Below are positions 40,696-50,579 of a stretch of 64,000 bases of DNA, piece after piece. The notes beneath the pieces were generated by a model. The model did not search any database, was not told the origin of the DNA, and was given only the letters and a program-made list of their open reading frames with translations. Origin of the DNA: Alkalispirochaeta sp. (GTDB taxonomy: Bacteria > Spirochaetota > Spirochaetia > DSM-27196 > Alkalispirochaetaceae); NCBI GenBank assembly GCA_965601925.1, contig OZ271854.1, forward strand, positions 2,752,001 through 2,816,000. The letters run 5' to 3'. The position numbers were made by a program, and so were the translations under genes. The first letter of the stretch is position 1. Each line of letters starts with the position of its first letter.

Positions 40696-41778
40696 CTACC
40701 GCGGATACGAGACGACCGGTCCGGTAACGCCGACGGCGCACGGTGCGCCATCGGTTACGGCCGTATGTGGCGACAGGCGCGCCTCAACGGTGGAGCCGTC
40801 GGGTAATCGGAGGACGATCGACTGATACGGGCCGAAGAAGCGGCGACTCTCGATGCGTGCCGCACCGTCCTCGGTAAAGCGGACCGTTAACGAGTCCGGG
40901 CGTATCAGAACGGTTACCGGTCCGTACGCGCTCGCGGCCAGCGGGAGCGCACCTAAGACGCAGTGCACCGTGTCGCCGGCGGCCTCGCCGTCGAGAAAGC
41001 TTGCGCCCCCCACGAACGTTGCGACGCGCCTCGATGCGGGGTTGAGATAGATCTCGCGCGGTGCGGCGCACTGCACCACCGCTCCGTCGAACATTACCGC
41101 CACCGTATCGGCAAGACTGAACGCTTCCTCCTGATCGTGGGTAACGAGGATCGTCGTCGTCCCGGCGCGTCTCAGGATCGCCGCCACCTCGGCGCGTGTG
41201 CTCTCGCGTAGCGCAGCATCAAGGTTGGAAAAGGGCTCGTCGAGGAGCACCACCGCCGGGTTGGCCGCCAACGCACGGGCGAGGGCTACGCGTTGTTGTT
41301 GTCCTCCCGAGAGTTGGTGCGGGTAACGGCGGGCGAGACCCCCCATACCCACCAACTCCGTCAGCTCATGGATACGGCGGCGGCGGCGCGCCGTATCCTC
41401 CCGGCGAAGCGCGAACGCGATATTCTCTCCCACCGTCAAATGGGGAAAGAGCGCGTAGTCCTGAAACACCATGCCGACGCGTCGGTCCTCCGGCGAGACC
41501 CACCGGCGTTCATCGGCGACGCACGCGCCGGCGAGATGTATTGAGCCGGTATCGGGCGTCTCTAAGCCTGCAAGCAATCGCAACGTGGTGGATTTTCCGC
41601 AGCCGCTGGGACCGAGGAGCGACAAGAACCGTCCCGGCTCCACGGTGAGCGAGAGGTTATCGACGGCGACCGAGTCGCGGCCGAACCGTTTGGTGACGCC
41701 GTTGAGCGCGATGATGGGTGTGCCTTCGACTCCGTAAGAGCGAACAACCAATGGAAGCGTTTCTGCCTGAATGTTCAT
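40696..41778 (-). CDS. Fe3+ ABC transporter ATPase (FbpC-like)
   Basis: GPSGCGKST, VFQDYALFPH, LSGGQQQR, LDEPFSNLD. Confidence 0.9.
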   Translation of the reverse strand: MNIQAETLPLVVRSYGVEGTPIIALNGVTKRFGRDSVAVDNLSLTVEPGRFLSLLGPSGCGKSTTLRLLAGLETPDTGSIHLAGACVADERRWVSPEDRRVGMVFQDYALFPHLTVGENIAFALRREDTARRRRRIHELTELVGMGGLARRYPHQLSGGQQQRVALARALAANPAVVLLDEPFSNLDAALRESTRAEVAAILRRAGTTTILVTHDQEEAFSLADTVAVMFDGAVVQCAAPREIYLNPASRRVATFVGGASFLDGEAAGDTVHCVLGALPLAASAYGPVTVLIRPDSLTVRFTEDGAARIESRRFFGPYQSIVLRLPDGSTVEARLSPHTAVTDGAPCAVGVTGPVVSYPR

Positions 41779-41834
41779 ATCGTTCCTACTATCTCCTCAG
41801 TTTTATGGGGCGGTATCCCGACGCCCGCAAACGC

Positions 41835-43568
41835 CTACGCCTCCGCGACTGAACTCTCCGTTTCGATGGGCATACGGCGCCGCGTCATATGGTCGGCGCC
41901 GATCTCCGGACTCTCGAGTCGCCGATTTGCCGCGTCGGGGTCGCCGTTCGCCACCACGCGATCGATGCCGAAACGACCGAAGGAGTAAAGCGTCCCCAAT
42001 GTGAGGGTCGTGAGGGCGACCAACAACAGTGCCGGCGGCGCCGCTTGGGTGTATACCGCATCGTTCGACGCCTCCCAGATACGAACCGGCAACGTATCGA
42101 ATCCGGGGGGACGCAGTATGACCAACAACGGCAACTCTTTCATCGCCGTCACGAATGCGAGCGCCCACGCCGACAGGAGTCCGGGCGCCGCGAGGGGAAT
42201 CGTCACCCGCCGCATCGTCGTCCACGGACCGTACCCCATCGTTCGCGCCGCGGATTCGAGATTGGGCGATACCATGCGCAGGGTCGCCTCGCCGAGCGTC
42301 ACGGTTTGCGGCAAAAGGCGGAACGCCGACGCCAAAATCAGGGCGCCCAGAGTAGCGTAAATCGGTGTGCGGATGAAGAGCATCAAGAAGCCGAGGCCGA
42401 CGATCATCCCCGGAAGCGCGAAGGCGGTTTTACTCAAGTAAGTTACTATCTTCGCGTAGCGTCCCCCGCTTCGGACGCGTAGTATCGCCGGTAGGAGCGC
42501 CAGTAACACCGCGATGGTCGCGCCGCAGACCGCCAAGACGAGGCTGTTCCATCCGGATCGCCAGATGCTCAAAGCGCCCACGCGCCATATGCGGTCCACG
42601 TCGGTCGGTGCCGCGACGCCCCGTACGGTGAGGCCGGTCAGAACGGCGAGGGGAATGAAGAGTGAAAGCGTCGCCAGCGTAGCGATGAAGGCGGTCGCCG
42701 GCCCCCGCCATCGTCCGAGCGAGATCGGGCTCTGCGGACGCCAATGCGCTCCCCGTGTGTATCGACGATCGCCGCGATGGACTACGTTCTCGATCGCGAG
42801 GAGCGGTAGGCTTAGTCCGATGAGACCCACGCTGATGACCGACGCCGCGGTTCGCCCGATCTCACCGGCGAACTCGCGGAAAATCGCCGTCGTGAAGGTC
42901 TGGTAACGCATGAGAGAGACCGTACCGAAGTCGGACAACACATACAGCGCAACGAGGAGCACGCCGCCGGCGACGGCATGTAAAAGCAACGGAACGGTCA
43001 CGGCGAAAAAGGTCTGGAGGCGTGTACGCCCCGCAACGCGCGCCGCGTCTTCGAACGAGGCGTCCAGGACGCGCAAGGTCCCCCCGACGGCCAAGAACAC
43101 CAACGGGAACGAGTAGAGACTCATCACGACCGCGACACCCCACGTTCCGAAAAGCGGCGGAAGAGGAAACTCCCCGTGGGCGAATCCGAAGTACTGCATT
43201 GCGATCCGGTCCACAAATCCGCCGCGGCGCAGGAGAAACATGTAGCAGACCGCCAAAACGTATCCGGGAATCGCCAGGGGCAGACAGAGAAGCCAGCGCC
43301 ACGCGGAACGAGCCGGTATATCGGTACGCTCCACAAGCCACGCCGCCGAAACGCCCAGGACGGTCGTTACCCCGCCGACCGCCGCCACCAAAGCGGCGGT
43401 ACGACGTATCAGCTCCGGGAGTCGACTCGATACAAGGCGCTGCCATAGTACGCCGTCGGCCTGGGACGCATGATACCCGATGTAGATGAGAGGAGTCGCG
43501 GCGAACAGACAAACGGCCGTTGCCGCCACGGTAAGCCAAGCTCTGGGCCGTCGCATAGCGGAGCGCAC
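41835..43568 (-). CDS. Fe3+ ABC transporter permease (FbpB-like, duplicated domain)
   Basis: LPLAIPGYV, FEDAARVAG, DFGTV, LESAARTMG, KELP. Confidence 0.9.
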   Translation of the reverse strand: MRSAMRRPRAWLTVAATAVCLFAATPLIYIGYHASQADGVLWQRLVSSRLPELIRRTAALVAAVGGVTTVLGVSAAWLVERTDIPARSAWRWLLCLPLAIPGYVLAVCYMFLLRRGGFVDRIAMQYFGFAHGEFPLPPLFGTWGVAVVMSLYSFPLVFLAVGGTLRVLDASFEDAARVAGRTRLQTFFAVTVPLLLHAVAGGVLLVALYVLSDFGTVSLMRYQTFTTAIFREFAGEIGRTAASVISVGLIGLSLPLLAIENVVHRGDRRYTRGAHWRPQSPISLGRWRGPATAFIATLATLSLFIPLAVLTGLTVRGVAAPTDVDRIWRVGALSIWRSGWNSLVLAVCGATIAVLLALLPAILRVRSGGRYAKIVTYLSKTAFALPGMIVGLGFLMLFIRTPIYATLGALILASAFRLLPQTVTLGEATLRMVSPNLESAARTMGYGPWTTMRRVTIPLAAPGLLSAWALAFVTAMKELPLLVILRPPGFDTLPVRIWEASNDAVYTQAAPPALLLVALTTLTLGTLYSFGRFGIDRVVANGDPDAANRRLESPEIGADHMTRRRMPIETESSVAEA

Positions 43569-43652
43569 GCTACCTCCGCGGCGCTCGGCCGCGGGCGACG
43601 CCGTGACGGTTGCCGGGATGACGCCGAGCGCACTTGGAAAGGGCGGAATGCC

Positions 43653-44729
43653 TCACGGCATGCCGGTCTGTCGCACCTGTTCCCGCGCGACCGGGATGCC
43701 GTCGACCATCGTTTTCAGGTTGATGTCGGCCAAGCGAAACCGACTCGGATCGGGTACACCGTCGGCGAGGGGAATGCCGGGTACGATCGGCCACTCGAAG
43801 TTCCCTTGCGCGTATATCGTCTGTCCCGTTTCCGATAGCATGAAATCGACGAATAGTCGGGAGAGCTCGAGCTCGGTGCCGTCGGTTCCTTGAAGGATAC
43901 CGATGTTGGTCGAGTTGACGATCAGTCCGGGCTCGTCGTCTCCCTGGTCGGGCCAGACAATGCCGACCGGCGCGCCCTCGGCGAGGGACAAAAAGTAGTA
44001 GTAGTGGTTAACCAATCCCAACGCCACCTCGCCCGTACCCACGGCTCTGCGAATATCGGTATGGCTTCCGGAGAAGAGCGTCTCATTGGCGACCAGTCCA
44101 CGCAACCAATCGATCGTCGCGTCCTCGCCGACCATTCGATTGAGCGCGACGATCGTGCCCATCATCGCACCGTTTGTGGTGTTCGCCGAGCCCAGTCGCC
44201 CCTGCCATTGCGGATCGGCCAGGCCCGCGAGGGATGTCGGCACCTCGTCGGCACTCAACAGGTCTGTGTTGTACATGATGATGCGACCTCGGAGCGTGAG
44301 AGCCGCCCAACTGCCGTCATCGGCGCGATATTGCTCCGGGATAGATGCCACCACAGGCGAATCGTTGGGAACGAACACGTCGTTTTCTCCCAGATTCTCC
44401 ATCGTAAGTGTATCGCTGTTGACGAATACGTTGGCCTGTGGATTGGCGCGCTCCTCCAAGATACGCGCGCCGAGCGCACTGTTGCTTCCGCGCACCACGA
44501 CCACGCCGATCTCGGGATACTGCTCGTTGAAGCCGGCCAGTACGTTGTTGATCAACGCCTCGCTGCGGGTCGTGTAGAGCACGATTTCGCCGGTGGGAAC
44601 GCCGCTCCCGGTTGTCGGCTCCTCCCGCCCGCCGCCGGCAAAGAGCGATGCCGCCGCGGAAATGAACACCACTATATAGAATACGCGGGACACCCCATGG
44701 GGGCGCCGCGTCATGCGATTTAGAGACAT
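43653..44729 (-). CDS. Fe3+ ABC substrate-binding protein (FbpA/FutA-like)
   Basis: GLVNHYYY tyrosine ligand motif; RBS AGGAGG. Confidence 0.88.
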   Translation of the reverse strand: MSLNRMTRRPHGVSRVFYIVVFISAAASLFAGGGREEPTTGSGVPTGEIVLYTTRSEALINNVLAGFNEQYPEIGVVVVRGSNSALGARILEERANPQANVFVNSDTLTMENLGENDVFVPNDSPVVASIPEQYRADDGSWAALTLRGRIIMYNTDLLSADEVPTSLAGLADPQWQGRLGSANTTNGAMMGTIVALNRMVGEDATIDWLRGLVANETLFSGSHTDIRRAVGTGEVALGLVNHYYYFLSLAEGAPVGIVWPDQGDDEPGLIVNSTNIGILQGTDGTELELSRLFVDFMLSETGQTIYAQGNFEWPIVPGIPLADGVPDPSRFRLADINLKTMVDGIPVAREQVRQTGMP

Positions 44730-44773
44730 GGACGAGTCCTCCTGAATGCGTTGGTATTAATTCGACCCAACAC

Positions 44774-44791
44774 AGTTAGTTTTGTCTAACT
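44774..44791. promoter_or_regulatory. DtxR/MntR-like operator of the Fe3+ ABC operon
   Basis: Perfect AGTTAG-N6-CTAACT overlapping the -10 of minus-strand TTGACG-N18-TAAGTT. Confidence 0.65.
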
Positions 44792-44939
44792 TACAAGCCG
44801 TCCCCGCAACGCGTCAAGACGGCGTACGAAAAACGTGCGTATCCGTCCGCACCTTTCGAGTGTCGGGAATGGCCGAGACGCGGAACGCGGACCCGCGCCC
44901 CGGAATCTTCGGGAATCACTTCGAACGGCGAGAAAATCG

Positions 44940-44999
44940 TTGACAGTTCGGTTTGGTGCGGGTAAGGTGGAACTAAACCGGTATAGTAAACTGGTTTAG
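44940..44999 (+). promoter_or_regulatory. Sugar ABC promoter with tandem LacI-type operators
   Basis: TTGACA-N17-TAAGGT, then CTAAACCGGTATAG and GTAAACTGGTTTAG. Confidence 0.72.
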
Positions 45000-45045
45000 C
45001 AACGATGGAGTGCGCGTCGTGCACTCCGAAAAAAGGAGAACAGGT

Positions 45046-46293
45046 ATGAAAAAGATCGCAGTCCTCACATTGACGATGCTTGTGGTCGCCGGCATGGTCT
45101 TTGCCGCCGGTGGCCAGGAGTCGGGCGGAAGCATCCGGCTCGTACAGAATAAGCCGGAGATCGATGCGATGCTCCAGGCGTACGGACAGCTGTGGGCGGA
45201 ACGCACCGGCGTCGACGTAACGGTTACATCGGTCGGCGGCGGCACGGGAACGACCGTTGGACAGCAGCTGCGTGCCGATTTCGCTGCGGGCGAAATGCCC
45301 GATATCTTCGTTATCTCGGGGCTCGAGACCTACCGCGAGTGGGAGAGTCTGATTCTTGACCTTTCCGACCAGCGCTGGGTCCAGGACACGGCGGTTCCCT
45401 TTGAGATCGACGGTACCGTCTACGGATTTCCCGTCGCCATCGAGGGATGGGGCATGGCGTACAACGTCGATGTTCTCCAGGCCGCCGGCGTCGATCCGTC
45501 GACCCTCACCAACTTGGCCGGATATCGTGCCGCCTTTGCCAGAATCGACGCCATGAGGGACGAACTCGGTCTCGACTCCGTCGTCTCGATGGCCGCCTCC
45601 TTGGATATGGGATGGGTGACGGCGCATCATAACTTCAACAGCCTTCTCTCAAACGGCCTGCCCTACGGCGATCTGAGCGTCGTCAACGCCCTTCTCGAGG
45701 GAAATGTTGACGCCCAGCGGTTGGCGGAGTACGCCGATTGGGTAGAGCTGCTCTTTCAGTACGCCGATCCGGCGGTCCTTACCACCGGTAACTACGACGC
45801 TCAGGTCGGCGCCTTTGCCGCCGGACGGGCCGCGTTCCTGCACCAGGGCAACTGGGTTGACCCCAACATGGCCGCCGCGAACGTCGATTTCGAGATCGCC
45901 TTCGCGCCCCACGGCTCGATGGAAGCGGAGACCGACGGCATCTTCGTCGCCGCGCCAACGTTCTACGTTATCAACGCTGAGTCGGACAATGTCGAGGCCG
46001 CCCAGCAGTTTCTGGAGGACATGGTCTATACCGAAGAGGGACAGAATTTCATGGTGAACGAGGCGGGTATGATTCCTGCGTTTGCCAACGTCGAAATGAA
46101 CCCCACGGGTCAGTTGTCGCGGTCGGTACAGGAATGGGCCGCCGAGGGTAAAGTCTTCTCGTGGAGTCAGTACTACTTTACCGACAACTTCCGCGATCAG
46201 ACCTTGGCGCCGATCTACAACCGATTTGCCGCCGGCCAGATCGAGAAGGATCAGTTCATCGCCCTCATGACCGAGGCCTTCGAGAATCGCTAA
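45046..46293 (+). CDS. Carbohydrate ABC substrate-binding protein
   Basis: Signal MKK..VFAAGGQE, MPDIF, YGFPVAIEGWG, FLHQGNW; RBS AAGGAG. Confidence 0.92.
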   Translation: MKKIAVLTLTMLVVAGMVFAAGGQESGGSIRLVQNKPEIDAMLQAYGQLWAERTGVDVTVTSVGGGTGTTVGQQLRADFAAGEMPDIFVISGLETYREWESLILDLSDQRWVQDTAVPFEIDGTVYGFPVAIEGWGMAYNVDVLQAAGVDPSTLTNLAGYRAAFARIDAMRDELGLDSVVSMAASLDMGWVTAHHNFNSLLSNGLPYGDLSVVNALLEGNVDAQRLAEYADWVELLFQYADPAVLTTGNYDAQVGAFAAGRAAFLHQGNWVDPNMAAANVDFEIAFAPHGSMEAETDGIFVAAPTFYVINAESDNVEAAQQFLEDMVYTEEGQNFMVNEAGMIPAFANVEMNPTGQLSRSVQEWAAEGKVFSWSQYYFTDNFRDQTLAPIYNRFAAGQIEKDQFIALMTEAFENR

Positions 46294-46343
46294 CTCCATC
46301 TACGGGCGTCCGTGTATCGCGGGCGCCCGACTGGGAGACCGTC

Positions 46344-47267
46344 ATGCGAAAACTTCAAAAGAATAACCTTACCTTCTGGACTTTTCTGGCGCCGGTTTTG
46401 TTCGCATTTGCGATGGTCGTCGTCATTCCGTTCTTCATCGGTGTGTACTACTCGTTTACCGACTGGAATGCGACGGCGCGTACCGGCGATGGGCTTACGT
46501 GGGTGGGACTCCGGAACTTCATTGGTAGTTTTACCGACCCTTCGTTCCTCTACTCGTTCATCATCACGACGATCTATACCGTCGTTAACGTCGCGGTGAT
46601 CAACGCCGTAGCGATCCTCGTCGCCCTCGCGGTGACCAGCCGTCTCAAGTTCCGTAACGCCTACCGCATGGGCTTTTTCATCCCCTACCTTATCGGTGGG
46701 CTCATTCTGGGCTACCTGTGGCAGTTCATCTTCAATAACGCCGTACCCGCCATCGGAGAGGGACTCGGCGGAATCTTCAGCGGTCTGGCCGACCCCGATC
46801 GGCTGATGCTGGGAAGCGTTCCCACCGCTATGCTCGCCCTCGTAATCGTCGGCAGCTGGCAGTACGCGGGGTACATCATGATGATCTACGTGGCCGCGAT
46901 CGAGGGCGTACCCGGGGAGCTGTACGAGGCGGCGCGAATCGACGGCGCCTCACCCTGGCAGCAGTTCCGAACCATCACCGTTCCGATGATCGCCCAAGCC
47001 TTCACGATCACAATGTTTCTCACGCTCGTAAACTCGTTCAAACAGTTCGACGTGAACTTTTCCCTCACCGGCGGCGGCCCGGCCACCGCATTCATGGATC
47101 AATCGATTTTCGGAACGGAGCTGTTGGCGATGAACATCTATAACACCGCCTTCGTCGGAAACGACCTCGCGGCGGGACAGGCTCGTGCGGTGATCTTTTT
47201 CATCGTGATCGTCGTGTTCTCGTTAGTACAGGTGTCATACAACAAGCGCAAAGAGTTGGAGATGTGA
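46344..47267 (+). CDS. Carbohydrate ABC permease (MalF-like)
   Basis: YSFTDW, ELYEAARIDGA EAA loop. Confidence 0.93.
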   Translation: MRKLQKNNLTFWTFLAPVLFAFAMVVVIPFFIGVYYSFTDWNATARTGDGLTWVGLRNFIGSFTDPSFLYSFIITTIYTVVNVAVINAVAILVALAVTSRLKFRNAYRMGFFIPYLIGGLILGYLWQFIFNNAVPAIGEGLGGIFSGLADPDRLMLGSVPTAMLALVIVGSWQYAGYIMMIYVAAIEGVPGELYEAARIDGASPWQQFRTITVPMIAQAFTITMFLTLVNSFKQFDVNFSLTGGGPATAFMDQSIFGTELLAMNIYNTAFVGNDLAAGQARAVIFFIVIVVFSLVQVSYNKRKELEM

Positions 47268-48118
47268 TGAGAAAGGCACGTTTATACCTTATAGAGGCCG
47301 TTGCGCTCGCAGCCCTCGTCGTCTATCTCTATCCGTTTTTGATCGTCCTGATCAACTCCGCCAAGGATTCGTTCAGCGTCACGCAGTTCCCGATGCGATT
47401 ACCGGAAAACTGGGGCCAGTTATTCGTCAACATCGGTACGATCTGGGTGAGTCCCAATATCCGTTACGGCTCCTCGTTCGTCTCCTCGGTACTCATCACC
47501 GCCATATCTTTGGTGGTGGTGACCTTCTTCCCGGCTCAAGCGGGATGGGTGTTGGTACGAACCAAGACGCGCACCTCACAGATCATCTTTCTCGTGTTCG
47601 TGGCCGCGATGGTCATTCCGTTTCAGATCGTGATGTTTCCCCTCGTCTCGTGGTTCCGTACGGTCTTCGAGATTACCGGGATACGCTTGCTGCGCACCTA
47701 CTTCGGCATCGTCCTGGCGTATCTGGGATTCGGGTTGTCTCTGTCGGTCTTCATGTACCACGGGTTCATTAAGAACATCCCTTACGAGTTGGAAGAGGCG
47801 GCGATAATCGACGGGTGTCGCAAACCGGAGGTATTCTATCGCATCATCTTCCCGCTTCTGACGCCGGTACATGCGACGATCGGTATCCTGCACGGTATGT
47901 GGATTTGGAACGACTTTCTGTTGCCGCTGTTGGTGCTCGGAAAGGGTAATCGAATTCAGACGCTTCCATTGGCGGTTGCCAATTTCGCCGGAGCGTTTGT
48001 TAAGCAGTGGGATCTCATTCTGACCGCGATTCTTATGGCGATGGTGCCGGTGTTGATCTTCTTCTTCATTGCCCAAAAGCGCATTATTAAGGGAATGGTG
48101 GCGGGCTCTATCAAATAG
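47267..48118 (+). CDS. Carbohydrate ABC permease (MalG-like)
   Basis: IPYELEEAAIIDG, WNDFLLPL, QKRIIKG. Confidence 0.93.
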   Translation: MRKARLYLIEAVALAALVVYLYPFLIVLINSAKDSFSVTQFPMRLPENWGQLFVNIGTIWVSPNIRYGSSFVSSVLITAISLVVVTFFPAQAGWVLVRTKTRTSQIIFLVFVAAMVIPFQIVMFPLVSWFRTVFEITGIRLLRTYFGIVLAYLGFGLSLSVFMYHGFIKNIPYELEEAAIIDGCRKPEVFYRIIFPLLTPVHATIGILHGMWIWNDFLLPLLVLGKGNRIQTLPLAVANFAGAFVKQWDLILTAILMAMVPVLIFFFIAQKRIIKGMVAGSIK

Positions 48119-48121
48119 GGT

Positions 48122-48256
48122 GGGGCTCTTGCGAAGTTGCATTTTGTAAGAGCCTCAATATCGGGTCGAAGTCATAATTACATACATGGTATGTAATTAT
48201 GATTCTAAAGGTCCTGACAATTTAAAAAAACGAAGTTTTTTGAAATTGCCTGGGAC
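48122..48256 (+). other. AT-rich cluster of three inverted repeats
   Basis: Includes perfect 14-bp TCATAATTACATAC-atg-GTATGTAATTATGA (48172-48202). Confidence 0.8.
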
Positions 48257-48275
48257 ACACTGGAGAGGCGGTTGG

Positions 48276-49322
48276 ATGGCACGCGTTACCATCAAAGATA
48301 TTGCTCGCATTTCGGGCTACTCAAAGACCACGGTGTCGTTTGCCTTCAACGATCCCAAGCGAATCGGGAAGGAGACGCGCGAAAAGATCGTCCGCATCGC
48401 CGAGGATCTCGGCTACGTCCCCGATCCGGTGGCGCGCAACTTAAGCCTGCGCCGCCAAGGTACGATCGGGCTGCTTCTGCCCGAGGTGATCTCCTTCGCC
48501 TTCTTCAATCCCTATCTGTCGCAGATTGTGCAAGGGATCGGCGAAGTGTGCGAGCGGGAGAACTACTCGCTTACCTTGATTCCTCCGATTCGCGAGTCCC
48601 TCATGGAGGGCGTGCGCCGCGCCGCCGTCGACGGGCTGATTACCATCGGGCTCGAGCCGGGGATGGAGACGGTCGATTTCATTCGACGACGCCATCTACC
48701 GTTCGTCGCCATCGACGGACGTGTCGGGGGCGGTTTTCCGGTCGTGAGTATCGATGATCGAGGGGCGGCCGCGACGGCGATGCGTCATGTGCTGGAGTTG
48801 GGTCACCGGAAGATTGCGGTCGTGGCCTTCTGTGAGGAGCCGCGTGTCAGCACGGGGTCGTACGTCAAAGCGGAACGGCTGGCCGGGTATCGCGAGGCGC
48901 TCGGGGAGATCGATACTGCGTTGATCGATGAGACTTCGTACGTCTACGCGGTCTCGTCTCTCGACGGAGGACGGCAGGCGGCGCAGGTGCTCCTGGACGG
49001 CCGACGACAACCCACTGCAATTATCGCAATGAGCGACATTCTTGCCCTGGGAATCATGGAGCAGCTCGAGGAATACGATATCGCGGTTCCCAAGGACATC
49101 ACCGTCGTCGGATTCGACGACATTCCCGAAGCGCGTCTGGTGCGACCGCGTCTTACGACGGTCTCGCAACCGGGATACGATAAGGGACGCCACGCCGCAG
49201 ATAGCCTGATGACCTTAATTGTCGACGAGAAGGACGGGCCGGGGCATATCGTCCTTAATACGGAGCTGGTGGTACGTGATTCCTCGGGTTCCTGCAACAC
49301 GGTGCCGCTTACACGGGGATAG
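48276..49322 (+). CDS. LacI-family transcriptional regulator
   Basis: VTIKDIARISGYSKTTVS, YVPDPVAR, VVGFDD, LTTVSQP. Confidence 0.94.
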   Translation: MARVTIKDIARISGYSKTTVSFAFNDPKRIGKETREKIVRIAEDLGYVPDPVARNLSLRRQGTIGLLLPEVISFAFFNPYLSQIVQGIGEVCERENYSLTLIPPIRESLMEGVRRAAVDGLITIGLEPGMETVDFIRRRHLPFVAIDGRVGGGFPVVSIDDRGAAATAMRHVLELGHRKIAVVAFCEEPRVSTGSYVKAERLAGYREALGEIDTALIDETSYVYAVSSLDGGRQAAQVLLDGRRQPTAIIAMSDILALGIMEQLEEYDIAVPKDITVVGFDDIPEARLVRPRLTTVSQPGYDKGRHAADSLMTLIVDEKDGPGHIVLNTELVVRDSSGSCNTVPLTRG

Positions 49323-49352
49323 CGGCGCGTCGGAGAGAGGTGCTTCTTCCGG

Positions 49353-50579
49353 TCAGTCGCCTCGCTGGCGATACCACAACCGGAGCGCCGGCTCGAGTTC
49401 GTCGGCACCGCTCGCTCGTACCAGATGGGGTGCGACGACCTGGGCCAGCGCCTCGTTCCAATAACGAGGCAGCGTGGCGGGAATGACGACCGCCTCGGGG
49501 TGCGGTATGCGCCCGGCGAGCTCCGGGTAAATCTCGGTCGCCATCGCGCGATTCACCTCCGGGAGCGTAGAAAACCCATCGAGCACGCCGAAGCTGTCTA
49601 CCCGCTGGACGAGCTTCTCGGTGATGATGGAGAGCTGGACGTCGGGAGTCGTGAGCCAGCTCAGGAAACGCACTGCGTCGGGAAGGCGTTCGGTGCCGGA
49701 CGGAATGCCGCCGTACACAACCGATTCATCGGCCACGATCCGTCCCTCCGGACCGGCGAGCCACGCAAAATCGTATCGGCGCTCGTCGAAGAAATCCCAC
49801 CCGAACAGTTCGTTGGACGGCAGATAGATAAGGCCGACGCGCGCCGTATCGAGCTGTCGTCGCGGTGGATCGTACAGGTAGCGTTCGGTATACTGTGCCT
49901 CCTCCTCGCGTGAGCCGTTCCACCGCTGTTGCCACGCGCGCACCGTTGCGAGAGCCTCGTCCAACGCCTCAGCGTCCCATGCCGGCGATCCCGCCCCATC
50001 GACCGTCGCATGAAATCCCAAGCTGCGGTGCACGGCGTACATTGCCGAGGGGTCGGAGCCGGGGGCGAAGAAGACCGGCGGAACTTGTTGTCCCGCCGAG
50101 CGTTCACCGATCTCCTCCAGGCTCATCGAAAAGCGATCCCGTGGATCGGTACCGTCGGACAAGAAGAGGAGTCCCGGCAGATTGAACGAGAGGGGAATCC
50201 AGTACGGACTCGCGTCCAACAACGCCCGTGGGACCCGCACCGCAAAACGAGCGCCGCGTGCGCGCCCGGCTTGCGAATCGAGAGCGGGATAACTGTAGGC
50301 CGAATGCGGTTCCATCAGGCCGTTGACCGACGGATTGTTCACCCACCGCCCGATCACGACATCCGCCTCGAGCCGCTGCTGGGTAAGCGTCTCCGTCAAG
50401 TTATCGACGTAGCGAAAGTAGACCGGCGTATTCGCATCCCTGTTGTAAAGCTCCACAATGAACGCGACTTCCGCGACGTCGCTCCAAATCACTAATGGGC
50501 GCTCCTCGCGAGCACAGGAGCTCAGGATCGCGAGATACAGGATAAGGGCGACACCAAGACGCCGTCCGACGGCGATCAA
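49353..50579 (-). CDS. Divergent solute-binding-like lipoprotein
   Basis: Lipobox LSSC, IPLSFNLP, AVRFLSWL; overlaps the stop of the upstream aminotransferase. Confidence 0.6.
   Translation of the reverse strand: MIAVGRRLGVALILYLAILSSCAREERPLVIWSDVAEVAFIVELYNRDANTPVYFRYVDNLTETLTQQRLEADVVIGRWVNNPSVNGLMEPHSAYSYPALDSQAGRARGARFAVRVPRALLDASPYWIPLSFNLPGLLFLSDGTDPRDRFSMSLEEIGERSAGQQVPPVFFAPGSDPSAMYAVHRSLGFHATVDGAGSPAWDAEALDEALATVRAWQQRWNGSREEEAQYTERYLYDPPRRQLDTARVGLIYLPSNELFGWDFFDERRYDFAWLAGPEGRIVADESVVYGGIPSGTERLPDAVRFLSWLTTPDVQLSIITEKLVQRVDSFGVLDGFSTLPEVNRAMATEIYPELAGRIPHPEAVVIPATLPRYWNEALAQVVAPHLVRASGADELEPALRLWYRQRGD

Noticed and set aside
46303..46329. GC hairpin after the sugar-binding protein gene (similar ones at about 38170-38235 and 43581-43631)
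   Set aside because: Ordinary intra-operon stabilising or attenuating stem-loops
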